Shown here: positions 28,256 through 38,190 of the stretch, piece by piece
Layout of the letters: every line of letters starts with the position of its first letter
Numbering within the stretch: position 1 is the stretch's first letter
Assembly: GCA_964601625.1 (NCBI GenBank)
Contig: CAZROC010000002.1
Location: 80,694-144,693 of the forward strand
Direction: 5' to 3'
DNA length: 64,000 nucleotides
Source of the DNA: an uncultured Thermoplasmata archaeon
GTDB taxonomy: Archaea; Thermoplasmatota; Thermoplasmata; JAGHBH01
The notes under the pieces: generated by a model
Told to the model about the DNA's origin: nothing
The model's database searches: none
The model's input: the letters and a program-made list of their open reading frames with translations, nothing else
Made by a program: the position numbers and the translations under genes

Positions 28256-28456
28256 TTTAAGCATAAGCATGTCTATTTTTCCTTTTTCTATCCATTTCCA
28301 TCGTGTTCGCTCTTTTTCTTTGCCATTTTTATAATTGTTCTTGTTCCTTCTTCTGGACCAGCAGGCTTCGCTACAACTGGTCGTATTTCTGGTTGTGATG
28401 TTTTAGGATTTTCTTTCTTCTTATTTTCCATACAGTCACCTCTATTATTGATTTAT

Positions 28457-28948
28457 CTAGACAGTAAGAATTAGTAAGATATATAATACATTTTCTACAC
28501 AGAAACAGTAATATAGGCGGGTGAGCCATTTAATTTCGTTATTATATACATTATAATTGTGTTCGTAAGCTTCCCTCACATAATATAAAAAATCCGATAA
28601 TAGATCATTTACACTAATAGAACATAGTCTATTAAATCTATTTTTTTTAAACATCTCCACATCTTTGTAATTCTTAGGTCGAAGTAGATATATTGCTAAG
28701 ATGGCAGAGATAAATATGAATGTTAAGTATAAAATGAGTGTAATATAAGAATAGATTGAAAAACGTCCTCCATTGTTAAGGATAATGATTATTAAAGTAA
28801 CTTGAAATGATATAACGCCGAGTATTATTCCAAAAAAAGAAGATACTTTTTCTCCTACATATGAGATATTCCCCTCAAGACGATTAAACAATTGGTTTGC
28901 TTCCTCTAGCAATATTTTTGCTCTTTCTTCCAGATCCTTATTGTCCAT
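28457..28948 (-). CDS. small membrane protein (N-terminal coiled-coil, 2-3 TM segments)
   Basis: 163 aa. Hydrophobic stretches IILGVISFQVTLIIIILNN and ITLILYLTFIFISAILAIYLL. Sole long ORF of its cassette. Confidence 0.35.
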   Translation of the reverse strand: MDNKDLEERAKILLEEANQLFNRLEGNISYVGEKVSSFFGIILGVISFQVTLIIIILNNGGRFSIYSYITLILYLTFIFISAILAIYLLRPKNYKDVEMFKKNRFNRLCSISVNDLLSDFLYYVREAYEHNYNVYNNEIKWLTRLYYCFCVENVLYILLILTV

Positions 28949-28967
28949 TAGATACCCTCACATTCTT

Positions 28968-29110
28968 ATTTAGCCTTTTGCTCACGATTACGCCTAACGT
29001 TTTGGGGATATGTGAAGTTTCGCCGTAAGGCGAAATTTGGGCGTAGCCGAAGGCGAAGCCACATATCCTCCTGTTATACGCCAGCCCATTATGGGCGGGT
29101 GGTGCGAAAG
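28968..29110. repeat. attC-like cassette repeat (copy 10)
   Basis: GCCTTTTGCTCACGATTACGCCTAACGTTTTGGGGATATGTGAAGTTTCGCCGTAAGGCGAAATTTGGGCGTAGCCGAAGGCGAAGCCACATATCCTCCTGTTATACGCC. Confidence 0.7.
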
Positions 29111-29121
29111 ATAATTTTTAG

Positions 29122-30219
29122 CTAATTATGCCTTCCTTTAGATCTGAATTGTATATCATAATATCTAAACTGGTGTGGAGGATCTTGCACATTATTTTTG
29201 ATTATAGATTTAACAAAATTTTCCAATTCAAAATGATGTTTTGCGATGAGTTTTTCTTTAGTATTAACCATCATACTCCATGTTTCATGTGGTCTTGTAA
29301 ATTTTTTATTTTCTAAATAAATACTTACTGGGCACAAAAGCCTATTATTATCATTAAGAAATTTTAATGTAGAATTACGTATATAACTTCTAATTTTAAC
29401 TTCTTTCTCGGAATCGATGCCTGACCGTATATGTCCTATAGAAAAATCATCTCCCAACTCAGGCGCTCTTAAGCATGGATATAGTTTACCATCTACATAC
29501 ATACACAAAGCATCTTCCATGATGCCGCACGACTCCTCTTTTTTAGGTTTAAATTGTTCAAAAAAAATATATATAGCATCCTCTAAATATACATTTTTTT
29601 TATCAATCATATCTAAAATTAATTTTTCATATTCTTTTTCAAACACCTTAACATCAGCATAAGAGTACCAGCCCTTGTTTTCTATTATATTTACTATAAC
29701 ATGTTTAAACCCAAAAGACCATATATCATTTACATCCCTGTATAAATTTTCAATATTTACTAACTGTTTGTTTATTGTAATGTTTTTTAATTTAATTAAT
29801 CTAGGAAACCTTTTTTTTATTAAATCAAAACCTCCTCTGTAATAATCATGTGTATTTTTATTACCATCCAAGCTCAGAGATATCTCAAAATCTAAATTTT
29901 CAAATAGTTCTATTATCTCTTCATCTAACAAAGTACCATTTGTAGTAGTAGCAAACTTCATATCTGGTAACTCTTTATGAATTTCATTCACAACATACTT
30001 AAAAAGAGGGCGATTAAATAGAGGCTCACCTCCATATAAATTAATCACTTTAACATTATTATTACTACAAAAGTCAATAATATCTGGCAATAATTTTTTA
30101 TTTAAAAATTTCATTTGTGCGTGTAGATTGGGTGTGCCCATGTTCTGAAAACAGTATTTACAATTTAAATTGCACGGAGTACCTAGCCACACAGTGAGTT
30201 CTCTACTTTGATTAGACAT
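29122..30219 (-). CDS. Radical SAM / SPASM-domain maturase-like enzyme
   Basis: 365 aa. CNLNCKYCFQ (CxxxCxxC). C-terminal extra Cys cluster (CGIMEDALCMYVDGKLYPC...LCPVS). Confidence 0.65.
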   Translation of the reverse strand: MSNQSRELTVWLGTPCNLNCKYCFQNMGTPNLHAQMKFLNKKLLPDIIDFCSNNNVKVINLYGGEPLFNRPLFKYVVNEIHKELPDMKFATTTNGTLLDEEIIELFENLDFEISLSLDGNKNTHDYYRGGFDLIKKRFPRLIKLKNITINKQLVNIENLYRDVNDIWSFGFKHVIVNIIENKGWYSYADVKVFEKEYEKLILDMIDKKNVYLEDAIYIFFEQFKPKKEESCGIMEDALCMYVDGKLYPCLRAPELGDDFSIGHIRSGIDSEKEVKIRSYIRNSTLKFLNDNNRLLCPVSIYLENKKFTRPHETWSMMVNTKEKLIAKHHFELENFVKSIIKNNVQDPPHQFRYYDIQFRSKGRHN

Positions 30220-30238
30220 AATGCTCTCTCGTCAATGG

Positions 30239-30427
30239 CTACTTAGTTCTAGGGCCACCACATTTACAGCAGTGCATGATCATATAGCTTCTTTCTTGTA
30301 CAAAAATCTCATCTTTTTCCAGTGCTCTCAAACTTTCTCCCTCTGTAACATACCCATACCTAATCGATATATCCAGCCACGCAGGATTTTTTCCCTTAAT
30401 ATATATTTCTTTTGTCATCTTATACAC
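30239..30427 (-). CDS. small peptide with Cys-rich C-terminus (candidate RiPP precursor)
   Basis: 62 aa ending ...MIMHCCKCGGPRTK. Immediately 5' of the radical SAM gene on the same strand and in the same cassette. Confidence 0.25.
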   Translation of the reverse strand: MYKMTKEIYIKGKNPAWLDISIRYGYVTEGESLRALEKDEIFVQERSYMIMHCCKCGGPRTK

Positions 30428-30461
30428 CCAATCTACTATATTTCATTGTATTATTTATACC

Positions 30462-30608
30462 TTTCGCACCATGGCGTATAACGTTTTGGGGATATGTGAA
30501 GTTTGCGATAGCAAATTTGGGCGTAGCCTAAAGCGAAGCCACATATCCTCCTGTTGTCCGAGTGCGATAGCACCGAAGCAAAGCGGAGAGTTGCGGGCGA
30601 CGGGGGCA
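30462..30608. repeat. attC-like cassette repeat (copy 11)
   Basis: GGCGTATAACGTTTTGGGGATATGTGAAGTTTGCGATAGCAAATTTGGGCGTAGCCTAAAGCGAAGCCACATATCCTCCTGTTGTCCGAGTGCGATAGCACCGAAGCAAAGCGGAGAGTTGCGGGCGACGG. Confidence 0.75.
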
Positions 30609-30614
30609 TTTTAA

Positions 30615-31142
30615 TCATCTCATATTATCAAATAATATAATGTTTAATATTTCGTTAATTACATCATTTATTTCTTTTTCATCTAACTCTATAACTATCT
30701 GCTTTATTTTCTCACCACACCAAAAATTTGAGCGGATTGCATCTTCAATTTCTCTTTGTATATATTCTATGTGATGATCTATTTCAATATTAAACGGCGA
30801 TTCATAATCATACACTTTATATTTTATTCTTTCTTTCAATAAATCCACATTATTGATTTTACATATAACTACAATGGTGCGATCGCCGGATAATTCTAGG
30901 GCCCTCTTTATTGCATATTTATGACATCCGGCTCCTGTAAATTCCGCTATTATGTTATTATTTTCTTCAATGCTTTTTATAAATAAATATAACGATAGAT
31001 ATTCTAACGAAACTTTTTTATTTTTTAAAACTTTAGAACGAATATCATCTATTTGTATAAATTTATATCCTAAAATTTTACTTAACTTCTTGCCAATAGT
31101 AGTTTTCCCACATCCAATATTACCTATTATCAATATTTTCAT
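30615..31142 (-). CDS. P-loop NTPase/kinase-like protein
   Basis: 175 aa. Walker A IGNIGCGKTT. Confidence 0.5.
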   Translation of the reverse strand: MKILIIGNIGCGKTTIGKKLSKILGYKFIQIDDIRSKVLKNKKVSLEYLSLYLFIKSIEENNNIIAEFTGAGCHKYAIKRALELSGDRTIVVICKINNVDLLKERIKYKVYDYESPFNIEIDHHIEYIQREIEDAIRSNFWCGEKIKQIVIELDEKEINDVINEILNIILFDNMR

Positions 31143-32625
31143 TTCTGACCACCAAAATAGATTTTATTTTATCAAGTGTTACTTTATCAATCTTGCACAC
31201 CCTTTCCAGATATTCTCTTGTACCCTGAAACTCCTTATCCAGTATTTTGAACAGAAGCTCTATGTATCTTCTATGAGTATCACTATATGCAGCCAAGTAA
31301 TCCTCTATTATACACTCCCTCTCAACACCTAACATATCCAGCAGCAGTGCAATGATTATTCCAGTCCGGTCTTTACCACCTTCACAATGTATAATTACTC
31401 CACCTTCTTCAACCTGAGAAATGTATTCTGTGAAAATCTTCCTTATGGTGTCTTTGGCTTGAATAATGATTGCATAGTAGAGGTTCATATACGGATTATC
31501 AAATTTTCTTATTCTAATACTAGTTTCTATAGGAATAGAAACTACATACTTTTTAATTTCTTCTCCATATCTCCTATTTTTCTTTCTTTCGTATTTTTCA
31601 ATATCCTCTGGAGTTCTCAAATCTATTATCCATTTGATCTTCTTATTTTTGAGCATAGAGAGTATGGTATCATCGTCGTATCTTGATAAGGATGCTGATC
31701 TGAAAATCACACCACTTTTAATCTTCACCCTCTTCGAGCAAAAATTTACAATTTTTGATATATCTCTAAAGTTATAAAATTTATAGTATTTATTCTCTAT
31801 TTGGCTAATAATTCTTTTGTATGGTTCTTCATCAAATTCAATATTAAAATTCTTAGCGGCTTTAACAGAGTTTTCAAGAAAGATTTTCACTAATTTTTGT
31901 TTCTTATTAAACAATTCAATAGGATTCATAATTGCTGATACATTAATTAAGGATTTTCTCTCTAAATCATCTTTTATTACATCTCTGGTAAGAAACCAAG
32001 GTTGATACAGATTTCTATATTCCCCATGAGCCAACGCCATCATTGCCGCTAATTTATACACAGATATTGTGTAATTCATCCATGCTCTGTATACATCTCC
32101 TCTGGTGAATCTACTCAAAAATTCATCATAATAATATATAAAAGAATTTAGTATATCATAAAATTCCTCATTAACTTTATCTCTTAAAGAGTACCAGTGC
32201 TTTCTGTATTCATCCACAATGTCATCTTTATCCACGATTATGGAATTTTCAAAATTTTCTATTCTTGACTGGATGATATAGACAACATCATTTTTAATGG
32301 ATTTCTTTTCAGAAAAAATTATTTCCAGCTTCATCATATAATCTTTATCTGTCCTATAAGAGAAGACAATCCATTTGTTGCGCTTGGTAAATTCAAGCTG
32401 TATATCATAACCCATACCCTTCAAAATATCCTTTATGGCATTTTTAACATTCATAATGTGGGCTTTATCATAGAGGTAGATAATAAAATCCCCATCCGAA
32501 AAATAATCCTCATCCCTTCTCCCCAAACTTCCAAACACCACAATTCCAGCGACATAATCAGCCTTTATACCATACTCCTTCAACTGATCTTTAAAGTACC
32601 TGATATCCCTATTCAAAACTATCAC
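31120..32625 (-). CDS. Fusion protein: N-terminal minimal nucleotidyltransferase domain + C-terminal protein-tyrosine/dual-specificity phosphatase domain
   Basis: 501 aa. GIVVFGSLGRRDEDYFSDGDFII (GS...DxD NTase). VIIHCEGGKDRTGIIIA (CX5R PTP loop). Confidence 0.55.
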   Translation of the reverse strand: MIVLNRDIRYFKDQLKEYGIKADYVAGIVVFGSLGRRDEDYFSDGDFIIYLYDKAHIMNVKNAIKDILKGMGYDIQLEFTKRNKWIVFSYRTDKDYMMKLEIIFSEKKSIKNDVVYIIQSRIENFENSIIVDKDDIVDEYRKHWYSLRDKVNEEFYDILNSFIYYYDEFLSRFTRGDVYRAWMNYTISVYKLAAMMALAHGEYRNLYQPWFLTRDVIKDDLERKSLINVSAIMNPIELFNKKQKLVKIFLENSVKAAKNFNIEFDEEPYKRIISQIENKYYKFYNFRDISKIVNFCSKRVKIKSGVIFRSASLSRYDDDTILSMLKNKKIKWIIDLRTPEDIEKYERKKNRRYGEEIKKYVVSIPIETSIRIRKFDNPYMNLYYAIIIQAKDTIRKIFTEYISQVEEGGVIIHCEGGKDRTGIIIALLLDMLGVERECIIEDYLAAYSDTHRRYIELLFKILDKEFQGTREYLERVCKIDKVTLDKIKSILVVRNENIDNR

Positions 32626-34342
32626 CTCTTTTCTTTAATACCATTATAGATGGAGAGCAGTCATTCCCAATTCTTTTAATATCAACCAATTCGAAACCAG
32701 CTTTGGAAAATAGATCAAGGAATTCAGATAGTTTTCTTTCCCTACCACCAACCATTACAAGAAGATTGAAGTTCAGAGAGACTCCGCAGTCAAACTCTAA
32801 CGTTTCAGGAACAATTGTTTCTATCACGTATACAAATCCGCCATCATTCAGGGCATTCCTGATGTTTCGAAGTATTGTTACACATTTTTCATCGTCCCAG
32901 TCATGAAGCACCCTTGAAAGTAAAATAGCATCCACCTTAAATGGGATGCTATCAAAGAAATCACCAGAGACAAGTTCAATGTCTCCCCCGCTCTTAGTGC
33001 TTTCTATCACCTTGGGGAGATCGTATATGATTGCTTTTGATATATGCGGATACCTCTTCTTTATCTTTTTCAATAATGTTCCATGTCCACCTCCGACATC
33101 CGCTATGGATTTTATAAACTTCGGAATCTCAAAATGTGCTATAATCTTATCGTAATCGAGAGAATACTCTTTCATGGCTTCTTGATAAATTCTATTTTTC
33201 TCAGGCATATCTTCAAGGTACTCAAAAAAGCCTTTACCATATATATCAGGGAATGCAGGTTTTCCACTTTTTAAAGCTTTTATAAGATGCGCTATAGTTA
33301 TGTAATGCTCTTCTCCCCACATTAATGCTGCATATTTCAATCTTTTTTTGCAGTTTTCTGTTAGCATCCTTCCTATGGGGGTGATCTCGTATTTACCGCT
33401 ATCATAAGTTACCATATTGTTAACTGTAAGGTAATTCAATATCAAATCAAGGCTATTTCCTGGTAGATTAAACGCTTCTCTCAAATCTTCCTTGGTCCAT
33501 TTACCACTTCTGATGTAATCCAGAATCCCCAGTCTAACCACAGAATATAAAATTTGAGTTTGCCAGAATCCCACAAGCTTCGCCATTAGCTTTTTTCTAT
33601 TCATTTCCATTACTGATTCTGAATTATAGTCTGCCACATCTTTTACAATGTCGCCTTTTGTATCTATGATAACTATTCTACCATCAAACAATCTTGCAAA
33701 AGCAAAGTCATTATAAAAATTCTCAACCCATGCAAACCTTCTGGAATAGAGCGCTCTGCCTTTTTTATCTATATGAAAAGATCCACAAGAGTCTCTTGCA
33801 ATGGCATAGCCTTTGTGATATACACCCAGTCCTAGGAAGTATTTGCCATGTATCAACTTTCCATTTTTGTCAATATGTGTGGCAAACCCCTCATCATTAT
33901 AAACTACTGCAATACCGTATTTGAAATCCCCGACATATCTGTATCTTTCTGGATACGCAGGTTTACCATCTCTATTTATATGATAGTAAAATCCCTCAAA
34001 GTCCCTGACAGCGCATCTTCCCTCCTGAAAATTTCCGGCCCATGCAAATCTTTTACTGTGAATAGGTTTGCCTTTGATATCTATATGGAAATATCCTTTT
34101 TCATCTACAACGGTGGCTATGCCCTCATAAAAACCATAGGTTTTAAGATATCTTTGAGGGTAAATGGGATTGCCATTTAAATCTATGTGATAGGCTCCGG
34201 ACTCATCTTCTACTGCTGCTACTCCTGGAGGATGGAAACTCATAACTTTTTTAAATCTTTTGTTGTAAAGAGGCTTTCCATGATATATGTGATGGGTTTC
34301 ATCAAAAGATATTTCAACCTCTGAAAGATCGACCCCGTTCAT
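32609..34342 (-). CDS. Fusion protein: WG/KWG beta-repeat region + C-terminal class I SAM-dependent O-methyltransferase (Methyltransf_2-like)
   Basis: 577 aa. Seven or more repeats of ~ (F/Y)HID.KG+P...R(F/Y)..(V/A)..F..G.A.V. Then DVGGGHGTLL...YDLP...LSRVLHDWDDEKC. Confidence 0.55.
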   Translation of the reverse strand: MNGVDLSEVEISFDETHHIYHGKPLYNKRFKKVMSFHPPGVAAVEDESGAYHIDLNGNPIYPQRYLKTYGFYEGIATVVDEKGYFHIDIKGKPIHSKRFAWAGNFQEGRCAVRDFEGFYYHINRDGKPAYPERYRYVGDFKYGIAVVYNDEGFATHIDKNGKLIHGKYFLGLGVYHKGYAIARDSCGSFHIDKKGRALYSRRFAWVENFYNDFAFARLFDGRIVIIDTKGDIVKDVADYNSESVMEMNRKKLMAKLVGFWQTQILYSVVRLGILDYIRSGKWTKEDLREAFNLPGNSLDLILNYLTVNNMVTYDSGKYEITPIGRMLTENCKKRLKYAALMWGEEHYITIAHLIKALKSGKPAFPDIYGKGFFEYLEDMPEKNRIYQEAMKEYSLDYDKIIAHFEIPKFIKSIADVGGGHGTLLKKIKKRYPHISKAIIYDLPKVIESTKSGGDIELVSGDFFDSIPFKVDAILLSRVLHDWDDEKCVTILRNIRNALNDGGFVYVIETIVPETLEFDCGVSLNFNLLVMVGGRERKLSEFLDLFSKAGFELVDIKRIGNDCSPSIMVLKKRGDSFE

Positions 34343-34346
34343 ATAA

Positions 34347-35042
34347 TCACCCCTTTTTAATTATATGATAGTAATCAAATGTGCGTACATGGGCAAAATA
34401 AATACTTTTATTTATTTGGAAAATGTCTTCTTTGTCCCATATATTAATTGCCATATCTCCAAACCAATATTCATTTCTATCCTTTATATCCTCAGGAAGA
34501 ATAGCTGCCCAAAGAAGCTCATCGTTTGGCTCGCCATTCCATACACGCAATATTCTTTTCATAATCTTACTCCATTTTGTATTGGTATAATACACCCCAC
34601 AATTAACTTTAGCCCAATAATTGGGAATGTAAATAAATTTGGGAGTTCCGTAACTTCTACACCAATCCCAGAAAACTTTATCTGGCCATTTTAGTATTAA
34701 AACATCCCAGTCTACCCAGAGAACTTCTTTATACTTTTCTATTGCCCAAATTACCATATAATGCTTCATAAGATGTGCTTTGTTCTTTTTGATTTTTTGC
34801 GGTACCTCATCAAAAGCCTTTTCCACCCTCAAGCCCAAATTCTCTAATTTCTCCGCACTCTCACTATCACCAGCTAAAAAAGAAAATTCATTAAGATTTT
34901 CAATTCTGTTATATTTAAAGAAGTTGTACATCTCATTTACAACTTTCTTATATCTTTCTTCGTGAAACTTTCCGTCACGAACGTATTTGTACAACCCCAT
35001 AACCATTTTAGGATTTGCTTCCATGCATATATACCTCCTCAA
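34347..35042 (-). CDS. hypothetical protein (possible nucleotide-sugar transferase-like)
   Basis: 231 aa. VDWDV acidic motif. No firm call. Confidence 0.3.
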   Translation of the reverse strand: MRRYICMEANPKMVMGLYKYVRDGKFHEERYKKVVNEMYNFFKYNRIENLNEFSFLAGDSESAEKLENLGLRVEKAFDEVPQKIKKNKAHLMKHYMVIWAIEKYKEVLWVDWDVLILKWPDKVFWDWCRSYGTPKFIYIPNYWAKVNCGVYYTNTKWSKIMKRILRVWNGEPNDELLWAAILPEDIKDRNEYWFGDMAINIWDKEDIFQINKSIYFAHVRTFDYYHIIKKG

Positions 35043-36051
35043 CAGGTCTCCTCATATTGCATTTTTTACATATCTCACTTGAACCCCAGTTTTCAATCAA
35101 ATTGTTATATTTTTCACTATTCCAGAGTTCCATAAAGTCTTGTTCATTTACATTTCCAAAATATCCGAAAGATTTTCTCAATTTATCTGGTGCGCAGCAT
35201 ACGTTGAAAGTCCCATCCCATGATATCCAAGCTTCCCGCCCAAGAAACGGGCATATCCAGTCATCCGGGATGCTGCTGTCCACACTTTCAGAAAGTTTGT
35301 GAATATTGTCAAGCTTTATATCTGAACCGTATTCTTCTTTTAATTCATACAGAATGTCCACCATTTCGTTCCATCGTTTTATGCTATCCTTATTTCTCTT
35401 TAGTGACTCATTACTTAGTTCTGGCCATGTAACCCAAAGATGATGGCCTTTGAACCTATCCACTCCAAGCTCTATCGCCAGCTTCAGCAAAGATGGTAGC
35501 TCGTTAAGGTTTCGTTCCATAAAAGTAACCTGAAAAGTCACTGTGGGATTGTTCCTTCCTTCCCTTCTGATGTTATCCCTTATCTTTAAAAATTTTTTAA
35601 TGTTCTTCATATGCTCTTCAAAGTTCAGACCCACCATTATTGATTCGGCTGTTTTTTTGGTGACGCCGTTTATTGAGATCTTAACATCACTTGCCAATGG
35701 TAATATTAATTCACCCCACCTCTCTACGCCCAAACGAGGAAAAGTGCCGTTGGTAGTGAGATTTATTTTAATTCCAAACCTTTTAACAATTTCCAGTACG
35801 CTTTCAAAATATGGATATAGCAAGGGTTCACCCATAGTACTGGGAATGATCTCCTTCACATACGGCTTTGTTGATTTGAGCACACGCTCTATTACCTCAA
35901 CAGCCATAATTTTGTATCTTTTTATAATCTCGTCCCTCTTTCTATTGTATATGCTGTGAGTATCACACATAATGCATCTCAAGTTGCACAGCCCCGGATT
36001 TGTATCAAATGTTATCCTCCATGGGCCATCCAGTTTAGGTGGTAGTTTCAT
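35008..36051 (-). CDS. Radical SAM enzyme (possible SPASM/twitch C-terminal Cys)
   Basis: 347 aa. CNLRCIMC. C-terminal CCAPDK...CKKC. Confidence 0.6.
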   Translation of the reverse strand: MKLPPKLDGPWRITFDTNPGLCNLRCIMCDTHSIYNRKRDEIIKRYKIMAVEVIERVLKSTKPYVKEIIPSTMGEPLLYPYFESVLEIVKRFGIKINLTTNGTFPRLGVERWGELILPLASDVKISINGVTKKTAESIMVGLNFEEHMKNIKKFLKIRDNIRREGRNNPTVTFQVTFMERNLNELPSLLKLAIELGVDRFKGHHLWVTWPELSNESLKRNKDSIKRWNEMVDILYELKEEYGSDIKLDNIHKLSESVDSSIPDDWICPFLGREAWISWDGTFNVCCAPDKLRKSFGYFGNVNEQDFMELWNSEKYNNLIENWGSSEICKKCNMRRPVEEVYMHGSKS

Positions 36052-37252
36052 GCATCACCCTCCTGAACAGTTCTGTAAGTTTGGCAGCATCATCTTGAAT
36101 GTCTCTAACCTTCTCTCTGTTACCTCGAATTTTGTTCAACATCTCTGGATTTTTGATTACCTTTTCCAAAATCTTCTTCAAGGATTTTTCATCACCCACA
36201 TTGAAAAGAAAGCCATCCACTCCGTCATCAACCAGTTCCTTCATCCCTCCAATATTTGAGGTTATCACCGGTATCCCCTTCAGAAACGCTTCCTGGATAA
36301 CTAGGGGAGAATTTTCATACCATATTGATGGAACAACCAGAATGTCAATGTTATCCAGCACCCTATCTATTTCTTTATTATCAAATCCTCCCATGAAGTA
36401 TACATCCTCATCTCCCAGTTCACTGAGGTATATTCTGTACTTGCCAGCGTCTCCATATATTTTTAGAGAAGCCCCCCTCTTCTCTTCAATGGAAGAAAAA
36501 GCTCTTATCAAAATATGAACACCCTTGGGAGGAGTTATTCTCCCAACAAATCCGAATGTTATCTTGCTATCTCTTTCATATTTTTTCTTTCTGTACTTTA
36601 TCTTTGACTTATCAAATCCGTATGGGAAATAGAGTACTTTAGAAGATGGAACTTTCATATTGATGTAAAATGTCCTTATGAATCTCGACGGGGCAAGAAA
36701 AACATCTATATTTTTCAAAACCCTTTGCATGTGTTTTCTGTATTCTGAAATCTCATCTTTATTTGTATGGAGGTAACTTAGACATGTTAAGCACCGATCT
36801 ACTCCCGGCCCACTGCATATCCTGTATTCTTTTGTCAGTAGTTGACCCCTAACACAGAACATCCAGAAATCGTGAATGGTGAAAATAACTGGTTTTTCAT
36901 ACTCCTCTTTGGTGATATTCACAATGTTTGTTGACAGATGAGATAAATGATGTATATGTACGACATCTGGGTCTATATCTTCTATTATTTCCCTGTACAC
37001 ATCATCCATTCTTTCATCCATGTACTTATCCCTTAATGAATAATCCATTTTCGGTTTGTTGACCCTAATCACATTTATATCACCCATATTGGATCTTACG
37101 ATATCATACTCTTGGAGAAATGGATTTTCAATTCTTGAAAAAACATATACTTTATGATTCTTACTCAATTCAGAGGCCAGTGTGTATGCATATACTTCAG
37201 ACCCTGCCATATAGTATGGTGGAAATCCGTGAATCACCTCTAAAATCCTCAC
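36035..37252 (-). CDS. Glycosyltransferase family 4 (GT-B, GT1/GT4 clan)
   Basis: 405 aa. EAFLKGIPVITSNIGGMKELV motif. Confidence 0.7.
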   Translation of the reverse strand: MRILEVIHGFPPYYMAGSEVYAYTLASELSKNHKVYVFSRIENPFLQEYDIVRSNMGDINVIRVNKPKMDYSLRDKYMDERMDDVYREIIEDIDPDVVHIHHLSHLSTNIVNITKEEYEKPVIFTIHDFWMFCVRGQLLTKEYRICSGPGVDRCLTCLSYLHTNKDEISEYRKHMQRVLKNIDVFLAPSRFIRTFYINMKVPSSKVLYFPYGFDKSKIKYRKKKYERDSKITFGFVGRITPPKGVHILIRAFSSIEEKRGASLKIYGDAGKYRIYLSELGDEDVYFMGGFDNKEIDRVLDNIDILVVPSIWYENSPLVIQEAFLKGIPVITSNIGGMKELVDDGVDGFLFNVGDEKSLKKILEKVIKNPEMLNKIRGNREKVRDIQDDAAKLTELFRRVMHETTT

Positions 37253-38190
37253 CTGAACACCTCCAGAAATCTTTCAACTGTCATTTTTATGCCAGTATCA
37301 ATATCTATTCTTGCCTCAAAACCAAGCAACTCTTTTGCTTTAGAAGGGGCGCCATAAAATCTCTCCACGTCATAACTCCTGGGATCTGTGAATTTCACTT
37401 GCACATCAGTCCCCACATGTTTTGAGATTATCTCAGGGAGATGTATTATTTTTGTAGGTTTACCAGTGAGGATATGGAAATCTTCTAGCGCATCGTCATT
37501 TTTTTCCAAGAACTCCATAGAGGCAACAATACCGCGTACTGTATCATCTATGTATGTAAAATCAAATATCTGTTTGCCTCCCTGTATCACCAATGGCTCT
37601 CCTTTAATTGCCCTTATTACAAATTTTGGTATAAGTCTGTCTAGTATGTCCCTTTCATTTCCATATACATTTGAAAATCTCAGGATAATGGAATTTATTC
37701 CAAATCTTTTAGAGTACTGCTCAACCAGTTTTTCCCCTTCTAACTTCGTTTTTCCATATATGTTTATTGGCATTTTCTTTGAGTCTTCTTTCACAGGAAG
37801 TGTTTGCTGCTCCCCATACACTTCTCTACTGCTACCAAAGATAAACCAAGGTTTAGTGGGTAAGTTTGATATTGAACTCAGGATTGTTTCTGTTCCTCCT
37901 ACATTTGTGGATATGCTGAGATTTGGATATTTTTCACCCCAGACAACTCTGGATACAGCCGCCAGATGAATAACACCATCAAAGGAAATATCATTAAACA
38001 ATTTCCTCAAAAGCACTTCATCCCTTACATCTCCTTGGATGTAGTTCACTTCATCATAAAAATCCTTTAGATTTACAGGATTTTGTTTAATATCCAGTAT
38101 ATGCACTTCATATTTTCCGGTCTTCACAAGCTTCTCAGATAAATTGGACCCTATGAATCCTGCTCCTCCAGTAATCAAAATCCTTTTCAT
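37249..38190 (-). CDS. NAD-dependent epimerase/dehydratase (UDP-glucuronate decarboxylase / UDP-sugar epimerase-like)
   Basis: 313 aa. TGGAGFIGSNL. YGKTK (YxxxK). Confidence 0.75.
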   Translation of the reverse strand: MKRILITGGAGFIGSNLSEKLVKTGKYEVHILDIKQNPVNLKDFYDEVNYIQGDVRDEVLLRKLFNDISFDGVIHLAAVSRVVWGEKYPNLSISTNVGGTETILSSISNLPTKPWFIFGSSREVYGEQQTLPVKEDSKKMPINIYGKTKLEGEKLVEQYSKRFGINSIILRFSNVYGNERDILDRLIPKFVIRAIKGEPLVIQGGKQIFDFTYIDDTVRGIVASMEFLEKNDDALEDFHILTGKPTKIIHLPEIISKHVGTDVQVKFTDPRSYDVERFYGAPSKAKELLGFEARIDIDTGIKMTVERFLEVFR

